64,000 nucleotides of DNA from a virus. A program made the position numbers and the translations under genes. The DNA lies in IMG/VR virus record IMGVR_UViG_3300045988_176686, one strand, 5' to 3'. Positions 44,079-52,798 of this stretch are shown one piece after another. Positions within the stretch are counted from its first letter, which is position 1, and every line of letters begins with the position of its first letter. Below the pieces are notes generated by a model, which worked only from the letters and a program-made list of their open reading frames with translations, was not told the origin of the DNA and did no database searches.

Positions 44079-44747
44079 ATGTTGTACAGATATAATTATT
44101 CGTACCTCGCGGAGTGGATAGAGGCAAATGCACAGATGCCCGTTAACACCATTCTTCAAGCCGTTGGTTCAAAATCGAACAACAGCCTGCGCTCATGGGA
44201 GCAAAAGTTGTGCGCCATGCCAGTTATTACCTTGCTGCGTTTTTGCAACTCGTTTCAGATTCCTATCGAAGCGTTTATTTGCAACACAGGCGAACCGTTT
44301 AAAGACCATGTTCGTATTTCCACATCAGCACAGTTTGAACCCGATGGTGGCTACACCACCGACCCGACACTCAGACTGCCTGGTGAGCGAAAACCTTTAG
44401 ACCCTACAAACGTAAACATTGTTCCGTCGGTTCTGCCCCATGTAATTGCTTTCACTCCGTGCAAGGAGGGGCAAACAGAAGGTGTGCTCAAAACGGATGC
44501 GGAAACTGAAACGACAAACGAACCATGCGAGGGCGACAATTTACAACCAGAGGCTGGCGCAAGTTTGCTTTCGCTTATCACACTCCAGCAACAGCACGCC
44601 ACAAACGAAGCCGAGCATCTTAAACAACAACAAGCCATGCTCGACATCATCAAAGCGCAACAAGCACAAATTAAAGCACTGACCCAACAACTGCAAGAGG
44701 AAAGAATGCGTAACAAAGGGTATAACTCAATGGTAGCTGAGCCTTGA
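44079..44747 (+). CDS. putative DNA-binding regulator with C-terminal coiled coil
   Basis: 222 aa; only plus-strand gene in 20-64 kb, divergent from replication operon; N-terminal HTH-like NTILQAVGSKSNNSLRSWEQ; Q-rich coiled coil. Confidence 0.45.
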   Translation: MLYRYNYSYLAEWIEANAQMPVNTILQAVGSKSNNSLRSWEQKLCAMPVITLLRFCNSFQIPIEAFICNTGEPFKDHVRISTSAQFEPDGGYTTDPTLRLPGERKPLDPTNVNIVPSVLPHVIAFTPCKEGQTEGVLKTDAETETTNEPCEGDNLQPEAGASLLSLITLQQQHATNEAEHLKQQQAMLDIIKAQQAQIKALTQQLQEERMRNKGYNSMVAEP

Positions 44748-44782
44748 TCAGTTGCTAAGGGTTTACCGTCCGGAAACAGCAG

Positions 44783-44820
44783 AAAGGTTAGAACGAAATA
44801 GGCAATTCGTTCTAACCTTT
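44783..44820. terminator. bidirectional rho-independent terminator
   Basis: Perfect 15-bp stem AAAGGTTAGAACGAA/TTCGTTCTAACCTTT, 8-nt loop, then CATTTT; between convergent genes. Confidence 0.75.
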
Positions 44821-44846
44821 CATTTTAAGTAGGTAGCAATGATATG

Positions 44847-45368
44847 CTATCTCTCGTTTACCGCTGCCAAACGTCTGCGGTAAAATTCCTTTTCTTCAAT
44901 CGGGGTAAGTGTGATGTCGGCTGACCGATAAGGCACCTCTATATACCACAATCCATGATGAAGGAATATGATGGGCGTTTCGTTTCCAAAGGTGTACATA
45001 GGCAACTGACCTTCTTTTTTGTTATCGTGAACAAAACGAAGAATGCCAATCAATTCCGTTTCGCTCACCACCGGAAGATTATACATCTCTTTTTCAAAAT
45101 GTGTGTTCGATTCGGGATAGAAAAAAGCTCGTCCATCGGGTGTAACCACTTTTTCCCAACCCTCTTTCGACAAGGTGTTGTTAAACTCCACAGCAACTAC
45201 ACCACCTGCCATGCCGTTAGGCGACTCGTAATAGTGGTCGGCACCAATCTTTTCTGCCCACTGACGGGCTTGTTCTTCGGCAGCTGCGCATTTATTCATA
45301 AACGCTTGCAAACGCTTGCCTGTTTCGCTCTCGGTTGTTACCGAATAGTAATACTTTACTTTTTTCAT
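44847..45368 (-). CDS. hypothetical protein
   Basis: 173-aa ORF. Confidence 0.6.
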   Translation of the reverse strand: MKKVKYYYSVTTESETGKRLQAFMNKCAAAEEQARQWAEKIGADHYYESPNGMAGGVVAVEFNNTLSKEGWEKVVTPDGRAFFYPESNTHFEKEMYNLPVVSETELIGILRFVHDNKKEGQLPMYTFGNETPIIFLHHGLWYIEVPYRSADITLTPIEEKEFYRRRLAAVNER

Positions 45369-45392
45369 GAAGCTCTATTATTTTAAAAAAAA

Positions 45393-45692
45393 CTATTTAG
45401 CTCGACAATAAATGACGGGTTCTCCGCATTCGTCATTACGCATTTTAAAACCGCGCATTTCAAGTTCTTGCAGGTAGAGCGACAAGGGGTCGCCCAACGG
45501 ACAAACCACGGCTTTAAAATAAGTGCGTAATTGGTAATCGGTAAACACATCGCAATCTTCCGTCCAATGGTCCTGCGGTTTGTACTGATTGCAAAATGCT
45601 TGTATTTTAGATGGAATTACAAAGTCTTGCAGCGTAACCTCTGCTTTTTCGCTGACTTCATAATCTTGTTGGTGTCTCTTGCTCATAATCAC
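45393..45692 (-). CDS. hypothetical protein
   Basis: 99-aa ORF. Confidence 0.55.
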   Translation of the reverse strand: MIMSKRHQQDYEVSEKAEVTLQDFVIPSKIQAFCNQYKPQDHWTEDCDVFTDYQLRTYFKAVVCPLGDPLSLYLQELEMRGFKMRNDECGEPVIYCRAK

Positions 45693-46279
45693 TAATGTTT
45701 TTTGTCATACTGAAAAGCCCATATCAACAAGCAAAAGAACACGACCATTAAAAGGATTCCCTTTGCTCTCCCCCACCCTATTATTGGTTTTATGTTCGAG
45801 GTGTTTTTTTCAGCAACATTGTTGATACTATCATGCTTCGTCAGGGACTTTTCGTTGGCATTTAAATTGTTTTTTCTTTCACGGCTCAAACTGTCTATGT
45901 ATTGTTTCAATGATTGTACTTGATGAAGGAACGAGCCATCAACTTGTGCTTGTTTGGCACGATTACCCTTGCGCTGAATGGTGCGATTAGTCTTGATGGT
46001 TTTATTACCCTCAGTGTCGTAGGTTTCGGTAATTTGCTCCGTAATGGTTTCTTCGCTTGTGTCGGTTTCGCAAACGTCTGCCGAAAAATGTGTGCTATCG
46101 GTTAGGGTGGTGGTTGTGGAACCTTTCTGCACCTCTACCACCTTTGCGCTATCGGCAATAGACAAGGAGGTGCTATCCTCAGTAACGGTTGACACATGAT
46201 GCTCTGTTGTGCGTGATGAAACACAAGCAGTGAATAAAAAGACGGACAATAACGTCAAGAATGAAATTGTTTTGTACAT
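45692..46279 (-). CDS. lipoprotein with C-terminal membrane helix
   Basis: 195 aa; signal plus lipobox LFTAC; Thr/Ser-rich; C-terminal hydrophobic helix. Confidence 0.6.
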   Translation of the reverse strand: MYKTISFLTLLSVFLFTACVSSRTTEHHVSTVTEDSTSLSIADSAKVVEVQKGSTTTTLTDSTHFSADVCETDTSEETITEQITETYDTEGNKTIKTNRTIQRKGNRAKQAQVDGSFLHQVQSLKQYIDSLSRERKNNLNANEKSLTKHDSINNVAEKNTSNIKPIIGWGRAKGILLMVVFFCLLIWAFQYDKKH

Positions 46280-46339
46280 ATTCGTTTTGTTTTAAATGAT
46301 AGGGCAAAAATAAGGCATTCATGGCGAAGGGTACGGACA

Positions 46340-46379
46340 AACACAAAACACCGCACTACCCTTGCGGATAATGCGGTGT
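46340..46379 (-). terminator. rho-independent terminator
   Basis: Stem ACACCGCA/TGCGGTGT followed on minus strand by TTTTGTGTTT, 26 nt after stop at 46405. Confidence 0.6.
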
Positions 46380-46404
46380 AATTGAAAAGAACAGATTTTA
46401 TTCG

Positions 46405-47205
46405 TTATTTTTTACGCCAGCCCCAACCCCTTTGTGCGTTCTCCTCAGAGAAAAACTCTATCGAATCATCATTTCGCACATAAATGAATGAATGCTGCTG
46501 CGTGTTGGGATGAAGGAAATGGGTAAAGGTTACATGCCCATTCTTTGTTGTATAAGTGGTTGTAAAGTCTACACCTTCACTCTCGGCTACGAACCTAACA
46601 TTTCCTTTTTTATTGAGCGTTATAGTGAAGCCGACGGGTGTATTTTCTCTATAAGCAGTCATTTCCCATGTACCATGTAGGGCTTTGTCGTGAGCAGATG
46701 CGTCGGTGTAGTCTGTAAAAGTGCGTTTTTTAGCCCCATATTCTTCAGTATGTTCCAAATAGTGGGTTTCACCAATAGAATCCGTACAGGTTACTCGGTC
46801 TACATTACTCGCAAGATCGGTCACAGTGAGCGTCCCGTAAAGTCGGTTATTTATATTAGGCTCTTTATACGTTCCAACCGTAAACGTGGTTAAAAGGTTA
46901 TCTCCAGCCGTATTCCATGTTCCGAAATAATAAACATTATCGTAAGTAAGCATACCTGAGACTAATTTACCCGAACTACTAAAACTCATTACAAGGTGGT
47001 TGCGAAAGAATGAATATTGGGTATCAGTTTTATCCATAAAATTGTTTTTAAAAAACCACCGTTTGCCATACAGATAGTTTTCGATTGCTATGGGGTTAAC
47101 ACCATTAGCCCCGTCTCCATCGCCACTGCAAGAGGTTAAGCCTACACACAAGCCTATACTTACCAATATGGCCATAGCACTATTTATTAGATACTTCCTT
47201 GTCAT
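46405..47205 (-). CDS. lipoprotein
   Basis: 266 aa from ATG 47205 (track GTG 47241 overlaps rep); lipobox GLTSC. Confidence 0.6.
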   Translation of the reverse strand: MTRKYLINSAMAILVSIGLCVGLTSCSGDGDGANGVNPIAIENYLYGKRWFFKNNFMDKTDTQYSFFRNHLVMSFSSSGKLVSGMLTYDNVYYFGTWNTAGDNLLTTFTVGTYKEPNINNRLYGTLTVTDLASNVDRVTCTDSIGETHYLEHTEEYGAKKRTFTDYTDASAHDKALHGTWEMTAYRENTPVGFTITLNKKGNVRFVAESEGVDFTTTYTTKNGHVTFTHFLHPNTQQHSFIYVRNDDSIEFFSEENAQRGWGWRKK

Positions 47206-47227
47206 GTATTTTCTATTTTCAAATGTT

Positions 47228-48421
47228 CTACTTAACACCACGCACTAAAACGCGAGCGGCAGCCTTTCCTATAAAGCTTGCTAAGGTACGCATCATCTTG
47301 TCGTACTCATTTTTGTTTGCAGGCTTTTCGCATTCGGCATTAAAACTTTCGAGCGTCTGTTTATCGTCAAAACGAATTGACATAAAACCTGCTGCATTCG
47401 CTCCATAATGTTTTGCTTTTAAAAGCCAAGGTTTGAAGAAGCCTTCATATTGCGCTAAGAACTTATTCCACTCATCAGCATATTTTCCAGGGTAATCCTC
47501 AATAATGGGTTCTTGTCGTTTCTTTTCTTCTTCTTGTTTAGCAAAAAGTGATGATTGATAAGCTTCAGGATTGGTGGCTTTCTGCATTTCGTCTATTGTG
47601 CCGTAGATATTGAAACGAATGAAAGCCGGGTTGCCCACTTTACGTTTGCCATTGTAGACAGGTTCAAAACTTACGCACACATCAAGCAAACCCTTTCGTT
47701 TTAAACGGTTGATGTCATCAATGCTTGTTTCAATTACCTTTTTGCGAAATTGCGAATACTTAGGATAAGCCTCTTTCAGCACACGTCCGTCTGCCCAAGT
47801 AATCATGCCAAGGTATTCCTTAATTTTGTTTACGGTAAGGTCTACGGTGCGCTTGTTCCATTTATGCCCACTACTTACGCGCAACAAATAGTAAATCATG
47901 GGCATGCGCTCCACTTCACCAATTAGAGCTATATTGTCGGGATGCGACACATAATCTTGCGACATATCAAACACGCGGTCAACCACATCGGGGTTAAGTC
48001 CAAACACCACACCTGTATTATTGTCAGACGACATGGAACCTTGCGTAAATACATTGTATTTTATCATCGCATCCTTGCCATTCTCATCTTTGCCTGGTGC
48101 ATCTACTTGTATTTTCAACACCTCCTCTACGGCTTTCGCTGCCGAATAGTAATTGTTGATGGAAACACCTAACTCAGCATAGGAGATACTGAATTGCAAA
48201 ATACCCGAATTTTTTACAGCTTCAGAAAATAAGCCTCTTGGAACCTTTTTAGATTTGCATAAATCAGATCCAAAAAATTCTTTGATATAAGGTTGCAAAT
48301 GTTCTGATACCTTTACCAACACGGCTTGTTGCAAGAGTGTAAGATTTTTGCTGATCCTTGTATAAGAGAATGGCGTGTTTATCCAATTCGATTGTATTAT
48401 ATCTTTACTATCCATGACCAT
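47228..48421 (-). CDS. plasmid replication initiator (Rep_3/RepB-like)
   Basis: 397 aa; IIQSNWINTPFSYTRISKNLTLLQQAVLVKV and a second winged-helix-like half (YSQFRKKVIETSIDDIN); iterons begin 17 nt upstream. Confidence 0.7.
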   Translation of the reverse strand: MVMDSKDIIQSNWINTPFSYTRISKNLTLLQQAVLVKVSEHLQPYIKEFFGSDLCKSKKVPRGLFSEAVKNSGILQFSISYAELGVSINNYYSAAKAVEEVLKIQVDAPGKDENGKDAMIKYNVFTQGSMSSDNNTGVVFGLNPDVVDRVFDMSQDYVSHPDNIALIGEVERMPMIYYLLRVSSGHKWNKRTVDLTVNKIKEYLGMITWADGRVLKEAYPKYSQFRKKVIETSIDDINRLKRKGLLDVCVSFEPVYNGKRKVGNPAFIRFNIYGTIDEMQKATNPEAYQSSLFAKQEEEKKRQEPIIEDYPGKYADEWNKFLAQYEGFFKPWLLKAKHYGANAAGFMSIRFDDKQTLESFNAECEKPANKNEYDKMMRTLASFIGKAAARVLVRGVK

Positions 48422-48437
48422 TTTTGTTTAGTCAGCA

Positions 48438-48918
48438 GGTAAAGTGATACTAAAATAGTTTACCTGCTTAGTACCTATTTAGGTAAACTGGTACTAAAGT
48501 AGTTTACCGCGCAACTTCCTAAACTGTTGATTTTCAGTGATTATACACCCACCTATAATATAAATATAAAGAGAAACATATTTTTTCCTATATTCTTTAT
48601 ATTAAATAAGAAGGGTAAACTACCTTAGTAAATAGGTAAACTACTTTAGTACCAGTTTACCTGTTTTATTGCATTTGGGTAAACTACCTTAGTACCTGTT
48701 TACATTTTGCACTTTTAGGTAAACTACTTTAGTAGCAGTTTACCTTACTTATTCTTCTATTAGAAAAACTCATAAGGTAAACTGCTACTAAAGTAGTTTA
48801 CCTTACTTATTCTTCTATTAGAAAAACTCATAAGGTAAACTGCTACTAAAGTAGTTTACCTTACTTATTCTTCTATTAGAAAAATTCATGAGGTAAACTG
48901 CTACTAAAGTAGTTTACC
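48438..48918. repeat. iteron array / candidate oriV
   Basis: 27-bp element GGTAAACTGCTACTAAAGTAGTTTACC or variants at 48438, 48482, 48614(half), 48635, 48678, 48718, 48776, 48834, 48892; AT-rich block 48540-48612. Confidence 0.8.
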
Positions 48919-48960
48919 TTCTCCATTCGTGTGATTTTCTACGAACGCGATAACAACAAG

Positions 48961-49524
48961 TTAAAGATCATCATAGTTCTTATTCTCGCTTTTCTTAAAA
49001 TTCTCAACATCGCCATAGAACAGACTGATGAGATATTTTCTTTGAAGAATGCCATCTGGTCTTATTAACTTCTGCATAATAATGCCTAACATTTTCTTTT
49101 CTTCAGCGTCAGGCACATAGAATTGAAAACCTTCTGGATCGCCATCACTATTCTTCAGTACATCAACAACGGCCTTGGAGTATTTCTCCTTTAACTGTTT
49201 TAGGATGTTAGCAAATGGTGTTTTTGCCAATTCGAGAGAAGAATAATCCATAGAGACTTCCACCGCAAACACGTTTTTGTCTTTAGGATTAAAGAATATC
49301 ATGAACTCAGAGTCCTCACCCATGAACAAACCTTTATATATTTTCACGCCAGAAGGAGAAGCCTTTGTTTTAGCTACATCACAAGTAAGACCTTTAGCTT
49401 TCAACTTCTGCGTAAACAACTCTACGTTGCCATTCAAGGGAATGCCCATGAATTTCATGTGTGTCTGTCCTTGCACAATCATGCAGAACAAAGACAGCAA
49501 TAAGGTAACTATTGTCTTTTTCAT
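48961..49524 (-). CDS. secreted hypothetical protein
   Basis: 187 aa from ATG 49524; signal peptide MKKTIVTLLLSLFCMIVQG. Confidence 0.6.
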   Translation of the reverse strand: MKKTIVTLLLSLFCMIVQGQTHMKFMGIPLNGNVELFTQKLKAKGLTCDVAKTKASPSGVKIYKGLFMGEDSEFMIFFNPKDKNVFAVEVSMDYSSLELAKTPFANILKQLKEKYSKAVVDVLKNSDGDPEGFQFYVPDAEEKKMLGIIMQKLIRPDGILQRKYLISLFYGDVENFKKSENKNYDDL

Positions 49525-49537
49525 TGTCGTATAGAAT

Positions 49538-49921
49538 TTAGTCGTTCTTATGCTTATCCACGAACTCAATAACTGCTTGCAATGCCAAGTCGCGAATAGG
49601 TATGCCCGTTCGCATTTTCATGAGCGTAATGCGTTCGTAGTATTCCATGGGGACTGAAATGGTAATGCCGTTCTCAGACTTCTTAGGACGCGCCTTACTA
49701 ATTGGTGCAGCGTTTGAAAATGAAGTAGTTTGCGCTGGTGTTGTCTGCTCTTGCTGTGGCTGAACGGGCGCCATTGCTTGCTGCTGAACATCTGTGGTTG
49801 GTTGGGTTACTTGTTGCTCGGTTGCGGTTGTTGGATTATTTAATATACGTTCATTCTCTGCCACAACGGGAGAGGCTTCAAGATTGAATGGTGTGAACTT
49901 GCGTTCTTGTTTTCGTGCCAT
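49538..49921 (-). CDS. ribbon-helix-helix partition/centromere-binding protein candidate (ParG-like)
   Basis: 127 aa; Q/T/P-rich N-terminus; C-terminal ITISVPMEYYERITLMKMRTGIPIRDLALQAVIEFV fits RHH; directly downstream of parA. Confidence 0.5.
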   Translation of the reverse strand: MARKQERKFTPFNLEASPVVAENERILNNPTTATEQQVTQPTTDVQQQAMAPVQPQQEQTTPAQTTSFSNAAPISKARPKKSENGITISVPMEYYERITLMKMRTGIPIRDLALQAVIEFVDKHKND

Positions 49922-49955
49922 GTCAGTGATTGTTTATAGTCATTATAACGAGTGA

Positions 49956-50828
49956 TTATTCGGGCATGCTTTCAAGTATCTCTTCTGTAAACTTCTTATA
50001 GTCCAGCCCTACCCTACTATAAGGTGCATACGTAAAGATGTCCTCGTTCATAGCCTGCGCTTCTACCATCTTGGTATCTCTGCGCGTATAGGCATCGAAC
50101 ATGTAGTCATCAAACTTCTCGCCTAAATATTGTTTGAACTGCTTGGTCGCATTGGTTTGGTCGTTACTCATTACCATCAACAAACCGCGAATATCAAGGT
50201 TAGGATTTAGATCCTCGCGTGTTTCCTTCACTGCATTGATGATTTCAGCAATACCTTTGGTGGCCAGCATCTCCAACTGCACCGGCAATACCACACTGGT
50301 GGCAGCGGTCAGCGCATTGTGTGTGAGCAATGACATGGCCGGAGGACAATCTATCAGCACATAATCAAATGCTTCGGTCACATTCATTGTACCTTCATCA
50401 GCCAACTCGGTACCTTGCATCTCTATTAAAGGTTTACCCAACAATTTACAAAGTGCTTTGCGTGGCACCGCCATTTGGTTTAGGAATGGTTCTATGCCTA
50501 TTAATCGTCCTGATGCCGGAGCAAGGTATATGCCCTCTCGCACTTGATATACGGGGATTTGCCCTTGTTGTACCAGGGCATCATACATAGTCGGCTTGCC
50601 CATTTGCTGTGTTTCGCTCCAACCAAAGAGGAATGAAGCACACGCCTGTGGGTCAAGGTCGATAATCAATATACGCGGAACGCGTCTCTTCCCTTCTACG
50701 TCTACACCAAAGAAACCTTTACCGAACCGACGTAAACCGGTTGCAAGGTTCTGCACTGTTGTGGTCTTGCCTACCCCACCTTTGTGGTTGACGAAGGCAA
50801 GCACTTCTCTGAGTCTTTCTGTTGCCAT
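49956..50828 (-). CDS. parA: ParA/Soj-family partition ATPase
   Basis: 290 aa; deviant Walker A NHKGGVGKTT, Walker B YVLIDCPP. Confidence 0.9.
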   Translation of the reverse strand: MATERLREVLAFVNHKGGVGKTTTVQNLATGLRRFGKGFFGVDVEGKRRVPRILIIDLDPQACASFLFGWSETQQMGKPTMYDALVQQGQIPVYQVREGIYLAPASGRLIGIEPFLNQMAVPRKALCKLLGKPLIEMQGTELADEGTMNVTEAFDYVLIDCPPAMSLLTHNALTAATSVVLPVQLEMLATKGIAEIINAVKETREDLNPNLDIRGLLMVMSNDQTNATKQFKQYLGEKFDDYMFDAYTRRDTKMVEAQAMNEDIFTYAPYSRVGLDYKKFTEEILESMPE

Positions 50829-50847
50829 AAATCCAAGTATTAAAAAG

Positions 50848-51150
50848 TTTAATTGTTCGTTTGTTCAAATGTTCAAACAAACAATTAAACATTTGAACAA
50901 ACAAATATTCAAACAAATGAATATTTGTTTCTTGCTGCAAATTTAAGATTTGTATATTACACCACAAAACAAAACGTTCATTTATTTATATAAACAATCA
51001 AATAAACATTAAAACAAATGAACAAATATACGTTTCAACGAACATACAAATAAACAAACGTGTAATTGAATAAATATTTGAATGTTCAAACAAACAAATA
51101 AACAAATACACAAATGTTCATTTGTTGAAATGTTTGTTTGTTCATTTCAA
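50848..51150. promoter_or_regulatory. repeat-rich region upstream of parA (candidate centromere, operator and promoter)
   Basis: About 11 TGTTCA/TGAACA motifs; 13-bp perfect IR AAACAAATATTCA/TGAATATTTGTTT (50899-50930); -7 box TAAATTTG on minus strand at 50938-50945. Confidence 0.5.
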
Positions 51151-51161
51151 TAAATAAACAT

Positions 51162-51707
51162 TTAATTATTCCATTTGTCGTTTACATCAATCGTTATTTT
51201 GTCAGTTTGGCTATTTAATAGTTCAGTACGTATAGGCAAAATGCAGTAATTTGTTTTCATTCCAGCCTTCACGATTGTGCCATTCGGTACGTACGTGTAG
51301 TAGTTTCCCGTGCCGAAAAGTTTTGAGCCTATTTGTGTCTTTCTGTCCGCTGGAGTGTCGTAGCACAGAATGCGTTGCCCACTTTGCCAATATCCTTCAG
51401 GTAGAGAGATATTTCGCAAAACGGCAAAAACTTCTAATTTCGTAGGCATTCTATAATGAGGGTCTTCTATCAGTTTCGATGGAGTGGGGGAGGTTGAGAG
51501 CATGACGTTACATATCTCCGTACAAGACAGGTAAAAGCGAGCTGTATCATTGGTGGCTATCAATGTATCAACCTTTGCAGCATCATTACCAGGCAATGAG
51601 GGGGTGGTGTCATCTATATCTTTTGGAAAATCCAGCTCTCCACATCCAAACACCGAAAGCAGAATAAAAATAGGATACGAAAAAAAACAGTGATTATTTT
51701 GAGCCAT
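51162..51707 (-). CDS. lipoprotein
   Basis: 181 aa; lipobox SVFGC; YRMPTKLEVFAVL loosely DUF1566-like. Confidence 0.55.
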   Translation of the reverse strand: MAQNNHCFFSYPIFILLSVFGCGELDFPKDIDDTTPSLPGNDAAKVDTLIATNDTARFYLSCTEICNVMLSTSPTPSKLIEDPHYRMPTKLEVFAVLRNISLPEGYWQSGQRILCYDTPADRKTQIGSKLFGTGNYYTYVPNGTIVKAGMKTNYCILPIRTELLNSQTDKITIDVNDKWNN

Positions 51708-51788
51708 ATAACGTAAAGAATGAAAAAGAGCGCACTGACTATATGATTATGATGGCACTATATAGCCAGTGCAATTCCTTGCAAATGA

Positions 51789-52745
51789 TTAAATGTTTAT
51801 GTCATAGCCTGTATCGTCCCAAGCATCATTGAGTGAAATGGAAAAACCTTGATTGTGGTTGTAGAACGATCCGGTAATGGTAGTTGTCTTGTTACGCTCG
51901 AAGTGTACATTCGGTACGGTTATCGATGAATAGGGCGTTCCTGATTTACTGTTGGTGGTAAAAGTAATGTCCGTTGTATAGCCATCAGCAGGCACCATCA
52001 CGTAATAAGTGAGTGTAGTGCCGGTAGTACCAGCTAACGACGAAACGTCCGTGGTACGCTGATTTTTCATGGCGTTCATCACGTCGAATGTCTGTAAAGA
52101 GAAATCTTTATATTCTTGAAATGAAGCGTCCCATGTGCTGCAATCCGTTGGAAAAACATCTGTACTTTTTACAATCATACGAGCCACTAAACGATCCAGT
52201 GTAAGATTTACCATTTGTGCTTCGCCGATCCCCACCACAATGTCACGTTGTGCGCCAAAGGTGTCTGAGGTCTTAGCAGAAGAAAGGAGGGCAGGGATAG
52301 TTGCACCCGAAACAGGTGTAAGCACGTTGGCAGGTAACTCCCATGATGCCGAGGTCGCATCCAATAGAGTAGGGGAGGTGCTTCGCGTAGCTATCACTTT
52401 TAGTGTGTGTTCGCCATAATCGAGCATCAAATCAGGTTCAGCAAAATCTGCTGCCGTGCTCGTTTGGTGCAGCACCTGTAACAATTTACCAGACTTCTTG
52501 TCGTAGTCCATAATGTAAAGGTCGGTCAACTCTGTGCCATTTGCCGTGAGGGTAGCTCGCGAATGTGGCGCAGCATGGTGCAACGTCAATCCATTACTCG
52601 TGCCACACTTCAAGCGTACATGCGCTTTGCCGTGGGTAGGCTGATTAGTCACTAACTCTGTAAAAGAGCCTTCGTTGTCGTTTGAACATGATGCACTCAT
52701 GCAAAGAGCCATTATTGCAATGACCGCAAAAAATAAATTTCTCAT
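51789..52745 (-). CDS. lipoprotein
   Basis: 318 aa; signal plus lipobox MSASC; beta-rich Thr/Ser composition. Confidence 0.6.
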   Translation of the reverse strand: MRNLFFAVIAIMALCMSASCSNDNEGSFTELVTNQPTHGKAHVRLKCGTSNGLTLHHAAPHSRATLTANGTELTDLYIMDYDKKSGKLLQVLHQTSTAADFAEPDLMLDYGEHTLKVIATRSTSPTLLDATSASWELPANVLTPVSGATIPALLSSAKTSDTFGAQRDIVVGIGEAQMVNLTLDRLVARMIVKSTDVFPTDCSTWDASFQEYKDFSLQTFDVMNAMKNQRTTDVSSLAGTTGTTLTYYVMVPADGYTTDITFTTNSKSGTPYSSITVPNVHFERNKTTTITGSFYNHNQGFSISLNDAWDDTGYDINI

Positions 52746-52798
52746 TGTAATTGTTAGATTAAAAAGATGATGAAAAAGATTTGTTTACAAAGTTCGTG

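Noticed and set aside
48718-48918. Regularly spaced 27-bp palindromic repeats with 31-bp spacers, superficially CRISPR-like
   Set aside because: The spacers are identical to each other and there are only four units. The repeats also occur in inverted orientation nearby and abut a Rep_3-like gene. No cas genes are present. This is an iteron array, not CRISPR.
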